From an uncultured delta proteobacterium (GTDB taxonomy: Bacteria > Desulfobacterota > Syntrophobacteria > BM002): a stretch of 64,000 nt of DNA. The notes under the pieces are model-generated. The model saw only the letters and a list, made by a program, of their open reading frames with translations, made no database searches and had not been told where the DNA came from. This document shows positions 40,786 to 50,122 of the stretch, piece after piece; the first letter of the stretch is position 1, and each line of letters begins with the position of its first letter. The stretch spans positions 64,001 through 128,000 of the forward strand of contig CAVQGX010000026.1 of assembly GCA_963712115.1 (NCBI GenBank). Reading direction: 5' to 3'. The position numbers were made by a program, and so were the translations under genes.

Positions 40786-41892
40786 CTACACATATTTTAG
40801 TTCGTAATCTCTGCTTCCAAGTCCCAACTCTTCTGCATAACCTAATTGGATGGACCAATCAATGTGAGGGTAGACGCCCCGAAACTTGTCTTCACCAGGC
40901 CCTCTATTGCTTTCAAGGCAGCAGTCAGGTAGGGCTGGCTGCGCATTGACTAGATCCACTGAAGCCTGGTCGATGGCCACCGGATCCCTGCTTGCCAGAA
41001 TGCCCAAATCCCTCACTAAAGGAACGTCGCTAAAGCCATAACAGTCGCACTGCGGAGTTACCCGGCTGACGAAACTGAGGTAGAAGGCACGGTCTTCCTT
41101 GTTTTTGAGGACTCCCACCGTGTATTCCACCATTTTCTTCTGAAAACGGGCCGTGTCGCTATCCCAGGGGATGGAGACAGCCGCTTCCGGGCACACTGCT
41201 ATGCACTCGCCGCAGCCAATACATTTTTCGGCATCCTTCTTGGCCTTTTTCTTGAGCAGTTCAATGGCCTCAACAGGACAGTGGGCTACGCACTCGCCAC
41301 AGCCGATGCACTTTTTGGCGTCGAACTCGGGCGAGATCTCACAATGCTGGGCAAGTTTTCCTTTTCTGGAGGCACAGCCCATGCCCAGATTCTTAATAGT
41401 GCCGCCAAACCCTGCAAGTTCGTGTCCCTTGAAGTGGGCGGCGCTAATGAGAGCGTCCGCCTGTACCACGTCCCCACCAAGGTAAACTTCATCATAGATG
41501 GGAAGGTTCACTGGTACAGCCACCTCAGCGTTACCTCTGAGGCCGTCAGCTATGGTGAGGGGCGCACCAGCCACAGCATAAGCAAACCCATTCTGAATGG
41601 CTGTGGTGAGATGATCCACGCTGTTGGTTCTGGTACCCACATAGAGCGTGTTAGTATCGGTTAAAAAGGGCTTGCCCCCCAGTTTCTGAACTCGATTGAC
41701 CAAATGACGCAAGTGCGTGGGCGGAATGTAAGCCGTGTTCCCCTTCTCTCCGAAGTGCAGCTTGATGGCAATCAGATGCCTTGCCTTGATGATGTCATCG
41801 AAACCAGCAGCATCGAGCAAACGATCCAGCTTGACGTAAAGGTTTTCTTGCAAGCTAGCCCTCAAATCCATGGCAAATACTTCAATCGGCAT
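40786..41892 (-). CDS. DUF362 domain protein with 2x[4Fe-4S] ferredoxin insert
   Basis: IKLHFGEKGN, HFKGHELAGFGGTIKNLGMGC, two CxxCxxCxxxCP motifs and DPVAIDQA. Confidence 0.9.
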   Translation of the reverse strand: MPIEVFAMDLRASLQENLYVKLDRLLDAAGFDDIIKARHLIAIKLHFGEKGNTAYIPPTHLRHLVNRVQKLGGKPFLTDTNTLYVGTRTNSVDHLTTAIQNGFAYAVAGAPLTIADGLRGNAEVAVPVNLPIYDEVYLGGDVVQADALISAAHFKGHELAGFGGTIKNLGMGCASRKGKLAQHCEISPEFDAKKCIGCGECVAHCPVEAIELLKKKAKKDAEKCIGCGECIAVCPEAAVSIPWDSDTARFQKKMVEYTVGVLKNKEDRAFYLSFVSRVTPQCDCYGFSDVPLVRDLGILASRDPVAIDQASVDLVNAQPALPDCCLESNRGPGEDKFRGVYPHIDWSIQLGYAEELGLGSRDYELKYV

Positions 41893-41918
41893 GGGTTCCT
41901 CCCTTAAGTCTACAATCC

Positions 41919-41964
41919 AAAAGATAAGGGCGCCCAACCAACAAAAGACAGGGAGGGCGCCCTT
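41919..41964 (-). terminator. Probable terminator or stabilising hairpin after the SBP gene
   Basis: AAGGGCGCCC...GGGCGCCCTT 10-bp stem followed by ATCTTTT. Confidence 0.55.
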
Positions 41965-42019
41965 TGATCCGAACCTCTCATCTTCCCCGCCAAGAGAGAA
42001 GAAATTGCGGTCGGCCCAC

Positions 42020-43216
42020 CTAATAAACCAGATTCCAACCGCCCTTCCAAATCATTACCATAACCATAGAATTAGTGCCCAATCCGTTGTGATCTTTTGG
42101 GCTGATGTTGTAGATGCCGCTGATTCCCACATAATTTTTGGTCTGTTCAATGGCATCACGTAACATAACGTTATTGGTTCCCACCTTTTTCATGGCATTG
42201 GCTACGATGTAAATAGCGTCCCAGGCGTAGCCCGAGTGGGTGTTGATGGGAAACTGTTTGTCGAAGTCGTACACATCGTTGTAGAGACGGACGAATTCAC
42301 TAATAACTGCTTTCTGAGGATCTGAATCCGAGAGTTGATTGTATGCCATCAACTTAGTGGATGGCATGACATTCCCTTCTGAGGCGCTCCCCGCCAGTTC
42401 TACGTATTTGGGATCCGGCAAGCCGTGACACTGGATCAGGGGTAGTTTAATCGCCAGCTGTTTGACATTTTTGGCAACTATCGATCCAGCCGGGCCAATG
42501 GTCCAACAGATGATTACCTGGGCGTTGGTGTTCTTGATTTTGGTAAGCTGAGTGGTCATGTCAGCATCCCTGACCCCAAAGGACTCATCAGCTACAACCT
42601 CTAGACCGTAGTCGGGAGCTAATTTGGCAAGCCAGCCCTTCCCGTCACGGCCGAAGCCGTCAGATGCAGTAATAAGGGCAATATTCTTGACTTTCTTGGC
42701 CCTCAGGTACTGGTAGACTTTCTTTACCGCTACGGAACTTCGCTGGGGCGACTTAAAGATCCACTTGGCAGTGCCGAAATTCTTGCCGCCGTGCATACCC
42801 TCCATAATAACCGGATCACCACCCACTGTCATTACGGTAGGGATCTGCTGTTCTTCGAGGTATTTTTTTACCGCCATGCCCGTGCCCGTTCGGGTGGGGC
42901 CGATTAGGGCCACGACCTTTTCTTGCTCAACTAAACGTTTGGCGACCATGAGTGCCCTGGTAGGGTCGCCCTCGGTGTCCCCAACAACCAGTGCTAGGGG
43001 GCGGCCGTTTATACCACCTTCTTTGTTTATTTTCTCAACCACCATCTCAGCCACGAGCTTGGTGGGAGTGCCAATAAAAGCCGCAGGACCGGAGAGATCG
43101 AAAAAGGCGCCTATCTTGATCGGTTCTTCAGCGGTGGCCTCATTCACAGAATATCCAAATGAAAAGGCAACCGTGATGGCAAAGAGCAAAACCATAATCT
43201 TTCTCGTCATGTTCAT
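42020..43216 (-). CDS. Liv/HAAT-family ABC substrate-binding protein
   Basis: Signal peptide, PIKIGAFFDLSGPAA, INKEGGINGRP and DMTTQLTKIK. Confidence 0.92.
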   Translation of the reverse strand: MNMTRKIMVLLFAITVAFSFGYSVNEATAEEPIKIGAFFDLSGPAAFIGTPTKLVAEMVVEKINKEGGINGRPLALVVGDTEGDPTRALMVAKRLVEQEKVVALIGPTRTGTGMAVKKYLEEQQIPTVMTVGGDPVIMEGMHGGKNFGTAKWIFKSPQRSSVAVKKVYQYLRAKKVKNIALITASDGFGRDGKGWLAKLAPDYGLEVVADESFGVRDADMTTQLTKIKNTNAQVIICWTIGPAGSIVAKNVKQLAIKLPLIQCHGLPDPKYVELAGSASEGNVMPSTKLMAYNQLSDSDPQKAVISEFVRLYNDVYDFDKQFPINTHSGYAWDAIYIVANAMKKVGTNNVMLRDAIEQTKNYVGISGIYNISPKDHNGLGTNSMVMVMIWKGGWNLVY

Positions 43217-43419
43217 TCTAAAATCCCCCTTATGTCAAATTGTTGTGCTAAGAGCTGAAATTCCTATCCCTGGTCAGTTCAGTATCACCTCCTTCTGTTA
43301 TTTCTCATTTGTAAATTTATGCAAATACGGAAAGTAACAACAATCGTCATATTGGACCTGCGGTTATCCGGTATGGATGGAATAGTCTGTGGTTCTAGAT
43401 TTCCCGCCGCAAGCGGGTC

Positions 43420-43603
43420 AAGCCCGGATGTTTCATGAATTGCAGTCACGAGACCACGAAGATGGGCGTGCCACCGGGCAACCGCAGGGTGTTGGTTCCG
43501 AGGCGTACCTGAATGGTACGTCGCAGGGGTCGACACCCGAGGACGCACGGAGGGACGGGCATATCCGTAGTCGCAGTAAGCGATTCATGAAACATCCGGG
43601 CTA
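43420..43603 (+). mobile_element. Family R3 copy 2 (184 bp)
   Basis: TIR AAGCCCGGATGTTTCATGAAT...ATTCATGAAACATCCGGGCTA; colinear with 27993..28176. Confidence 0.8.
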
Positions 43604-43718
43604 AGACGGATTCCGCAATGTCGGAGTCTTTAATTCCAGTCTCAGTGAGCAAAGTTGTGAGTGAAAGATAGAAATATCCGCAATGATAAATGATAAATGC
43701 GAAATGTGAAATCAGAAA

Positions 43719-45008
43719 TTAACCGCGATGATCAAATACCCTCATGCTTTTGCGCTCAGTTCGTGGCAGACTGCCGTGGTCAATGACTTCCACTTCAGCA
43801 CTCACCAAAATATGCTTGCGAATGTCCTGGGAAATACGACTGGCTATTGCTTCGTTATCTTGAGGTTTATAGCGTGGCCGCCGCTCTACTTTGAGGATCA
43901 TGTAATCGCGGCCGTCTTCTCTTCGTTCGAGATGTACCTGGTACTCGCTGCCTATTTCCGCAATCTGTGACAAGAGGTGATCAATTTGTCCGGGGTAAAT
44001 ATTCACCGCCCTGACAATGAACATGTCGTCCGAGCGCCCAAGGATACGGTCGTGCATGGGCAACGGATTACCGCAAGAGCATGGTTGGGGGATAATCCGC
44101 GTCAGGTCTCGAGTTCTATAACGGATTAGTGGAGCTCCTTCTTTGCGCAGGGTGGTGACTACCATTTCGCCCAATTCTCCCGGTTCAGCCGGCTCGAGGG
44201 TTTCAGGATCTATGACTTCCAATATGTAGTAGTCAGCCCAGTAATGGATGCCTTGGTGTTTACCGCAGTCCAGACCGGTTCCAGGACCGTATAATTCAGT
44301 AAGGCCGGGTATATCAAACACGTGTTCAACTCCGAGGAGTTCCTTGATGCGTCGGTCCATAGATTCGCTGTGCCGCTCTGCACCCAGAATGACTTTCCTC
44401 AGGGTTATTTGCTCCCGAAGGTTCCTCTTTTGCACCTCTTCTCCCATTAGAAGTGCCATGGAAGCGGTGGCGCAGAAGACTGTACTTTGCATGTCCACCA
44501 ACATCTCACAATGCATCTCCGTATTTCCAGGGCCTACAGGCACCGCCATGGCACCTAGTCTCTCGCAGCCCAATTGAAATCCGACACCAGCAGTCCACAG
44601 GCCATAGCCCACGGCTATTTGGACCCGGTCCTCTGCCGAAAGGCCCGCCATCTCATAGCAGCGGGCGAACATGTTGGCCCAGTCGTCAATGTCTTTCTGG
44701 GTATAGCAAAGGACTTTGCGTTTTCCTGTGGTGCCCGATGAGGCGTGAATGCGGACAATTCGGTCGAAGGGCACGGCCCTTAAGGGAAAAGGATAGCCCT
44801 CCCGTAAGTCATCGGCCGTGGTAAAGGGCAGTCTAATCAAATCATCCAGCGAGTTGATCTCCTCTGGAGTGATTCCAGCCTTCTGCAACCGCTGGCGATA
44901 AAAGGGTGAGTTCTCATATGCATGGCGTACTGTCCATTTCAGCCCCTCTAGTTGTAAACTCTTCAATTCCTCTAAGGTCGCAATGTTCGGCATGAACGTA
45001 CGAGTCAT
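43719..45008 (-). CDS. Phenylacetate-CoA ligase family (PaaK-like) aryl-CoA ligase
   Basis: RIHASSGTTGK P-loop, YGLWTAG, GLTELYGPG, RYRTRD and GRSDDM. Confidence 0.92.
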   Translation of the reverse strand: MTRTFMPNIATLEELKSLQLEGLKWTVRHAYENSPFYRQRLQKAGITPEEINSLDDLIRLPFTTADDLREGYPFPLRAVPFDRIVRIHASSGTTGKRKVLCYTQKDIDDWANMFARCYEMAGLSAEDRVQIAVGYGLWTAGVGFQLGCERLGAMAVPVGPGNTEMHCEMLVDMQSTVFCATASMALLMGEEVQKRNLREQITLRKVILGAERHSESMDRRIKELLGVEHVFDIPGLTELYGPGTGLDCGKHQGIHYWADYYILEVIDPETLEPAEPGELGEMVVTTLRKEGAPLIRYRTRDLTRIIPQPCSCGNPLPMHDRILGRSDDMFIVRAVNIYPGQIDHLLSQIAEIGSEYQVHLERREDGRDYMILKVERRPRYKPQDNEAIASRISQDIRKHILVSAEVEVIDHGSLPRTERKSMRVFDHRG

Positions 45009-45045
45009 AGCAACTTCTCCAAGTCGAACAAGATACCAGTTTTGA

Positions 45046-45395
45046 TATGAGATGTGGGATGTGCGATAAGATTGATCTTTCTGGAGAGCCAAGATCCTAA
45101 ATTTCACATCTCAGATCCCATATCTTACATACAGTAGTCAGTAGTCAGTAGTCAGAATTCAGTAGTCATTTGTTGATTCGAGAATTCGTTAATTAGTCAA
45201 TTAGCAAATTCGTCGATTCGTTAAAACATAGAAATCGTTTTGAGCTTTTAACGTTAAACTTCTTATTTCTCGCCGCGTCTCCATGTCGCCGTATCTCCCC
45301 GTCGCGCTGAATTTGCCAACTGTTCGCTACTGGCTGTATTTCCCTATGCCCCATACCCTATGCTCTATGCCCCCCAATCCGAAATCTGCAATCTC
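45046..45395. repeat. Multi-module short-tandem-repeat spacer
   Basis: TGAGATG/TCACATC, CAGTAGT, TTCGTTGA-like, TCGCCGCG and CTATGCC arrays stacked in one intergenic region. Confidence 0.7.
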
Positions 45396-45397
45396 AT

Positions 45398-46687
45398 CTA
45401 CTCCTCAAACACGATTTGCCCTTTCTCGCTGGATAACGTACTCTCCTCAACCAGCTTAACCTTAATGCCCAGGCCGATAGCCCTTCTTAGGTGAGCTCTA
45501 ATACTGTCTGCCAGAGCGTGAGTCCGGTACCAGTCCGAGACAAAGTTGGTGGGATAGGCGACCTGCACTTCCAACTGGTCATTCAGACCGTCACGCTGGC
45601 GAATAATTAGTCGATAGTTTTCTACTTCGGGTGCTGCCTCCCCAAGCAAACGTGCCACCTGTTCTGGATAAATAGCTATACCGCGTATCATGAGCAAATC
45701 GTCTGAGCGACTCAAGGGCGCTGCCATCCGCATACTGGTGCGACCGCACGGACAAGGGTTGCAATCCAAAGTGGTAATATCACCTGTTCTGAAACGGATA
45801 AAAGGATAGCCTTCGTTGGTGAGAGTGGTGATGACCAGTTCACCTTTTTGTCCTAGAGTCAAAGGCTGGCACGAATGGGGATCAACGACCTCTGGATAAA
45901 AGTGGTCCTCCGCCAGGTGGAGTCCTGATTTTTCCTGACATTCCGCTGAAACTCCCGGTTCAACCATTTCGTTGACACCGTAGACTGAATAGGCCTGAAT
46001 TCGAAGACGGTCTTCCAGAGTCCGACGGACGTGGGGCGACATGGCTTCGGGACCTAATAGTCCAATTTTGAGGTGTATCTGATTGATATCAATGTTTTGA
46101 CGTTCTCTGGTCTCGGCAATGTGCATGGCAAAAGAAGGCGAGGTAGCGAGCACCGTACTACGGAAATCCTGCATGATTTGCAGTTGAATCGTGGCGGAAG
46201 CTATTGAGGTGGGGGCTACGGTGGCGCCCACAAGTTCCGCGGCCTGGTTAAAGGTGAAGGCACCGGTGAAAAGCCCATAGTTGAAAGCAACCTGAATAAT
46301 ATCTTTAATAGAGATTCCCATACCGGTCATATGTCGCGCCATCAGTTCCAACCAATTTTGGACATCTTTCTGGGTATAGCCGATCACAATGGGTTGCCCC
46401 TTTGGGGCTGCAGAAAACTTGAGGCGGACAATGGATTTCAACGGCACAGAAAACAACCCATAAGGGTAATGATCTGCCAGGTCTGCCGCTGTGGTACAAG
46501 GAATTCTCCTGAGATCTTCTAAGGAACTGATGTCTTCGGGCAGTAGACCTAGTTCCTCGAACCGACGTCGATAGAAATCTACTTTTGCATAGGCACGGTT
46601 GAGGGTCACCTGTAAACGTTCAAGCTGCAGCTCGGCCAGCTCTTCCCGCGGGAGAGTTTCAATGTTTTCGTTCCAGAAGGCTACCAT
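45398..46687 (-). CDS. PaaK-like protein with degenerate ATP-binding loop
   Basis: Full-length PaaK fold (YPYGLF, FNYGLFTGA, RFRTGDIT, RSDDLLMIRG), but KFSAAPKGQP replaces HASSGTTGK. Confidence 0.85.
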   Translation of the reverse strand: MVAFWNENIETLPREELAELQLERLQVTLNRAYAKVDFYRRRFEELGLLPEDISSLEDLRRIPCTTAADLADHYPYGLFSVPLKSIVRLKFSAAPKGQPIVIGYTQKDVQNWLELMARHMTGMGISIKDIIQVAFNYGLFTGAFTFNQAAELVGATVAPTSIASATIQLQIMQDFRSTVLATSPSFAMHIAETRERQNIDINQIHLKIGLLGPEAMSPHVRRTLEDRLRIQAYSVYGVNEMVEPGVSAECQEKSGLHLAEDHFYPEVVDPHSCQPLTLGQKGELVITTLTNEGYPFIRFRTGDITTLDCNPCPCGRTSMRMAAPLSRSDDLLMIRGIAIYPEQVARLLGEAAPEVENYRLIIRQRDGLNDQLEVQVAYPTNFVSDWYRTHALADSIRAHLRRAIGLGIKVKLVEESTLSSEKGQIVFEE

Positions 46688-46724
46688 TCCTCTTTCGCCC
46701 TCCTCTCGTCTCAAAATGTCACAA

Positions 46725-46912
46725 TGTCATTTGGGATTGGGCTTCGCCCGTCATTAGGCCTTAAGGCCGTCATTTTTGGTCATGTGCCTGCGGCGTCATT
46801 CGGGCTAGCGCCCGTCATTTATGGTCACTTGTAGTTATTTGTCCTATTCATTATCATCAATCATGACGACTTAATGACAACAAATGACAGCGAAGCGTAA
46901 TGACCAAATGAC
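46725..46912. repeat. Family R2 element inside the ABC operon
   Basis: GTCATT units with GGGCTTCGCCC, GGCCTTAAGGCC and GCCTGCGGC; AATGAC units with GCGAAGC. Confidence 0.75.
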
Positions 46913-46915
46913 AAT

Positions 46916-47653
46916 CTACCTTTCCCACTTCTCCTTGTAATCCTTGCCCAAAAAGGCACGGCGCACCTCATCATTTGCCAGAAGCTCGTCAGGTGTTCCT
47001 TCGAGAACAATGCGGCCAGCCTCCAATACGTAGGCCCGATCGCAGATTTCCAAGGCAGCCTGAGCGTTCTGTTCAACTAAAAGTATGGTAGTGCCGTTGT
47101 CCCGAAGCTTGCGGGTTACCTGCAGAATCTCCTGTGCCACGAGAGGTGCCAGTCCTAACGATGGTTCGTCGAGGAGAAGCATTCTGGGCCTGGCCATGAG
47201 AGCCCGTCCAATGGACAGCATCTGTTGCTCACCACCACTCAAAGTGCCAGCCCTCTGCTGGGTTCGCTCTTCCAGGATAGGGAAGAGAGTGTAAATTTCC
47301 TGACGCTGAGATTTGGCCATCCTTTTTTGCTCTTTTTTAGGGAGACTGTAGGATCCCAATTCCAGATTCTCAGTGACTGTCATTGAGTTAAAGATCTGCC
47401 TCTGTTCCGGTACTTGCAGGAGACCAAGGCGAACCATCTTATCCGGTGCCAGTTTGTGAATCTCCTGACGCTCAAAGAAAATACTGCCAGAACTGGCTGG
47501 GTGCAGCCCGCTAATCACGTTGAGCAGGGTGCTCTTTCCCGCACCGTTGCCCCCAATAAGAGAGACTATCTCTCCTTTGTTGACATGGAAGGTCACCCTG
47601 CGGAGCACCTGAATATTTCCGTAATATGCCGAGACGTTCTTTACGAGAAGCAT
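46916..47653 (-). CDS. LivF-like ABC ATP-binding protein
   Basis: GGNGAGKST, LSGGEQQML, LDEPSLGLAP and VEQNA. Confidence 0.95.
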   Translation of the reverse strand: MLLVKNVSAYYGNIQVLRRVTFHVNKGEIVSLIGGNGAGKSTLLNVISGLHPASSGSIFFERQEIHKLAPDKMVRLGLLQVPEQRQIFNSMTVTENLELGSYSLPKKEQKRMAKSQRQEIYTLFPILEERTQQRAGTLSGGEQQMLSIGRALMARPRMLLLDEPSLGLAPLVAQEILQVTRKLRDNGTTILLVEQNAQAALEICDRAYVLEAGRIVLEGTPDELLANDEVRRAFLGKDYKEKWER

Positions 47654-47898
47654 GGCTGTATTCTTGTCTGTTGTCCGCGGTCCGTAGTCCGTTGCTCGAA
47701 TCGTTCAAGCCGTTCAAGTCGTCCATCACAGAGGTCATCGGAGATCAGAGATCAGCTTTTCCCTTTGACCTCCGACATCTGATGTCTGACCTCTGGTTTC
47801 TGCCAGTTGCTAGCTGCCAGCTTTATTTTCCCTATGCTCCATGCCCTATGCTCTATGCTTTTGACAAAACGAACAACTCGACAGTGCGCATGAACCAA

Positions 47899-48681
47899 CT
47901 ACGTGGAGCCGCCACCTAAATACGCCCGGATTACCTCCGGATCCCTTTGGATCTCCTCGGGTGAACCTTCAGCGATCTTCAACCCGTGATGTAGGACAAT
48001 GACCCTATGGGCTATGCTCATAACCAAATTCATGTCATGTTCAACCAGTAGAATGGTTAGGCCGTTTTGCCGCAATCCCTTGATAATGTCACCCATCTCC
48101 TCCGTTTCCCGGATGTTGAGACCCGCAGCAGGTTCGTCCAAAAGCAGTAAACAGGGGTCAGACACGACGGAACGGGCAATTTCCAAACATCTTTGTTCTT
48201 TCAGGCTAATGCTGTCCGCCTTTCGGTAAGCTAAATGGCCGATGCCGAACTTCTCCAGTGTATCTCCGGCCTGACCTATTGCCTTTTTCTCCTCTTGCCG
48301 TTCTGCGGGCAAGTGTACCATACCTTTGAGAAAACCGCTGCGCAACCGGTGGTGCAGCCCCAGTAAGACGTTCTCCATTACGGTCATATGCTGAAAGATC
48401 TGGACTGACTGAAAAGTTCTTGCCACTCTTTTTTTGGCAATCTGGTAAGGCTTTAGCCCTGAAATGCTTTCTCCATCGAGCAAAATCTCACCACTGGTTG
48501 GAGGATAGACCCCAGAGATAAGGTTGAGTATTGTAGTTTTCCCCGCGCCGTTTGGGCCAATAAGAGATACGATTTCACCTGAGTCCAGACGGAAGGAAAC
48601 GTCCGCAATCGCCAGCAACCCATCGAACTGCTTTTTAACTTCTTCGAGGTGTAATAGGGTGCCGTTAGTTTTCATTGCCAT
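47899..48681 (-). CDS. LivG-like ABC ATP-binding protein
   Basis: GPNGAGKTT, ARTFQ, LDEPAAGLN, VEHDM and VIRAYLG. Confidence 0.95.
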   Translation of the reverse strand: MAMKTNGTLLHLEEVKKQFDGLLAIADVSFRLDSGEIVSLIGPNGAGKTTILNLISGVYPPTSGEILLDGESISGLKPYQIAKKRVARTFQSVQIFQHMTVMENVLLGLHHRLRSGFLKGMVHLPAERQEEKKAIGQAGDTLEKFGIGHLAYRKADSISLKEQRCLEIARSVVSDPCLLLLDEPAAGLNIRETEEMGDIIKGLRQNGLTILLVEHDMNLVMSIAHRVIVLHHGLKIAEGSPEEIQRDPEVIRAYLGGGST

Positions 48682-48732
48682 TGGCGAAGCGCCCTCTCCC
48701 TTCAGACGACTGTGTCACAATTCGCCGAAGCC

Positions 48733-48858
48733 GTCATTCCGGATGAGTCCGCCGAAGTATAGGCGGGCGAGGTCCGGAATCCAGCGAGGTTTCAATATAG
48801 TCTGATTCTTCCTGGATCCCGGCTCGCGTCCCGCTTTGCGAGACTTGGCCGGGATGAC
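48733..48858. repeat. GTCATTCC-type REP-like palindrome
   Basis: GTCATTCCGG..CCGGAATCCAG...CTGGATCCCGG..CCGGGATGAC architecture. Confidence 0.7.
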
Positions 48859-48905
48859 TTATGGTGCAACAGCCTCCAGGGTTATGGAGGTTTTTTTGTA
48901 AGATT

Positions 48906-49871
48906 CTATTCTGATAACAAAATTTTCTTTGACCGCTTCTGAGACCATAGCTTTACCAGTCCCGGCAGCAAGCCTTCCGGAAAGAACACCAGAACTCCCA
49001 TCAGGATTACCCCATAAAGCAGGAGGGCGTAATCACGCATGGCATGGAGCACTTCAGGCAAAGCCGTGAGCAATGCAGCGCCCAGTAAACCTCCCCAGAG
49101 ATTACCTATACCCCCCACCACCACCATAGTGACAACCTGAATGGAATAAAAGATGTCAAAAGTCTTGGGACTGATAAATGAGAGGTAGTGGGCATAAAGG
49201 CTCCCCGCCAGAGAGGCATAGGCTGCGCTGATAGCAAAGATGACAATCTTGTAGCGTTCGGTGTTGACTCCCAGGGCATTGGCTACAAGTTCATTTTCAT
49301 GAATAGCTCGAAGTGCCCGGCCCACGCGGGAATCCACCAGGTTAAGAGAAACAAAGAAAACTAGCAGGAAAAAGGACCATAGTAGCCAGTAATAGTGGAG
49401 GTCACCCTGGATGGTAAAAGACCCCAGGTGGAGAGGAGGGATTCCAGAGAAACCAGATGGCCCACCAGTCCAATATTCCATCTGGACCATAAGAATGTAG
49501 AGGATGATGTTAAAGCCCAAGGTTGCCATGACCAGGTAGTGGCCCGCAAGCCTAAGAGTTGGTATACCCAACACATACGCGACCGCAGCAGTAAAGACCA
49601 TTACCGCCACTAAAGTCGGCCAGGGCGGTGTATTATACATGGCGGTAAAGATGGCCGAGAAGTACGCCCCCATCCCGAAAAAGGCCGCATGGCCCAGTGA
49701 GATTTGACCAGCAAACCCGATCAGCAGGTTCAAGCCAAGGACCACCAGGCCGTTTATCGCAATAATATTCAGGACCAGCAGGTAGTAGCCTCCTTTGACT
49801 ACGAGGGGAAGCAGGGCCACTAGCCCTGTCAGTCCAAAGAAGTAAATCCATTTTTTGTGGGTCTTAGACAT
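48906..49871 (-). CDS. LivM-like ABC permease
   Basis: GLNLLIGFAGQISLGHAAFFG, SRVGRALRAI and VVVGGIG. Confidence 0.93.
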   Translation of the reverse strand: MSKTHKKWIYFFGLTGLVALLPLVVKGGYYLLVLNIIAINGLVVLGLNLLIGFAGQISLGHAAFFGMGAYFSAIFTAMYNTPPWPTLVAVMVFTAAVAYVLGIPTLRLAGHYLVMATLGFNIILYILMVQMEYWTGGPSGFSGIPPLHLGSFTIQGDLHYYWLLWSFFLLVFFVSLNLVDSRVGRALRAIHENELVANALGVNTERYKIVIFAISAAYASLAGSLYAHYLSFISPKTFDIFYSIQVVTMVVVGGIGNLWGGLLGAALLTALPEVLHAMRDYALLLYGVILMGVLVFFPEGLLPGLVKLWSQKRSKKILLSE

Positions 49872-49935
49872 AACAAAAGAGTCCGTGGCAATTAAGGCTA
49901 ACTAGATGGCACAAGGCGCAGGGCGCAAGGCAGCA

Positions 49936-50075
49936 TTAGGTCATTATGCTCCGCGCTGTCGCGCTTCGCTGTCACTAGGCTCCGCCGTCATTAGGCCTTA
50001 CGGCCGTCATTATGTTGTTACAATAAATGACCATGAATGACAGCGTAGCGTATTGACGCGAAAGCAAATGACTCT
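49936..50075 (+). repeat. Family R2 element; near-identical inverted copy of 54738..54876
   Basis: About 140 bp with about 4 differences by eye; flanking heptamer modules are also shared. Confidence 0.85.
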
Positions 50076-50122
50076 CCGCTGGCCGCTGATTTAACCGCTA
50101 TGCCCTATGCTCTTTGCTCTTT

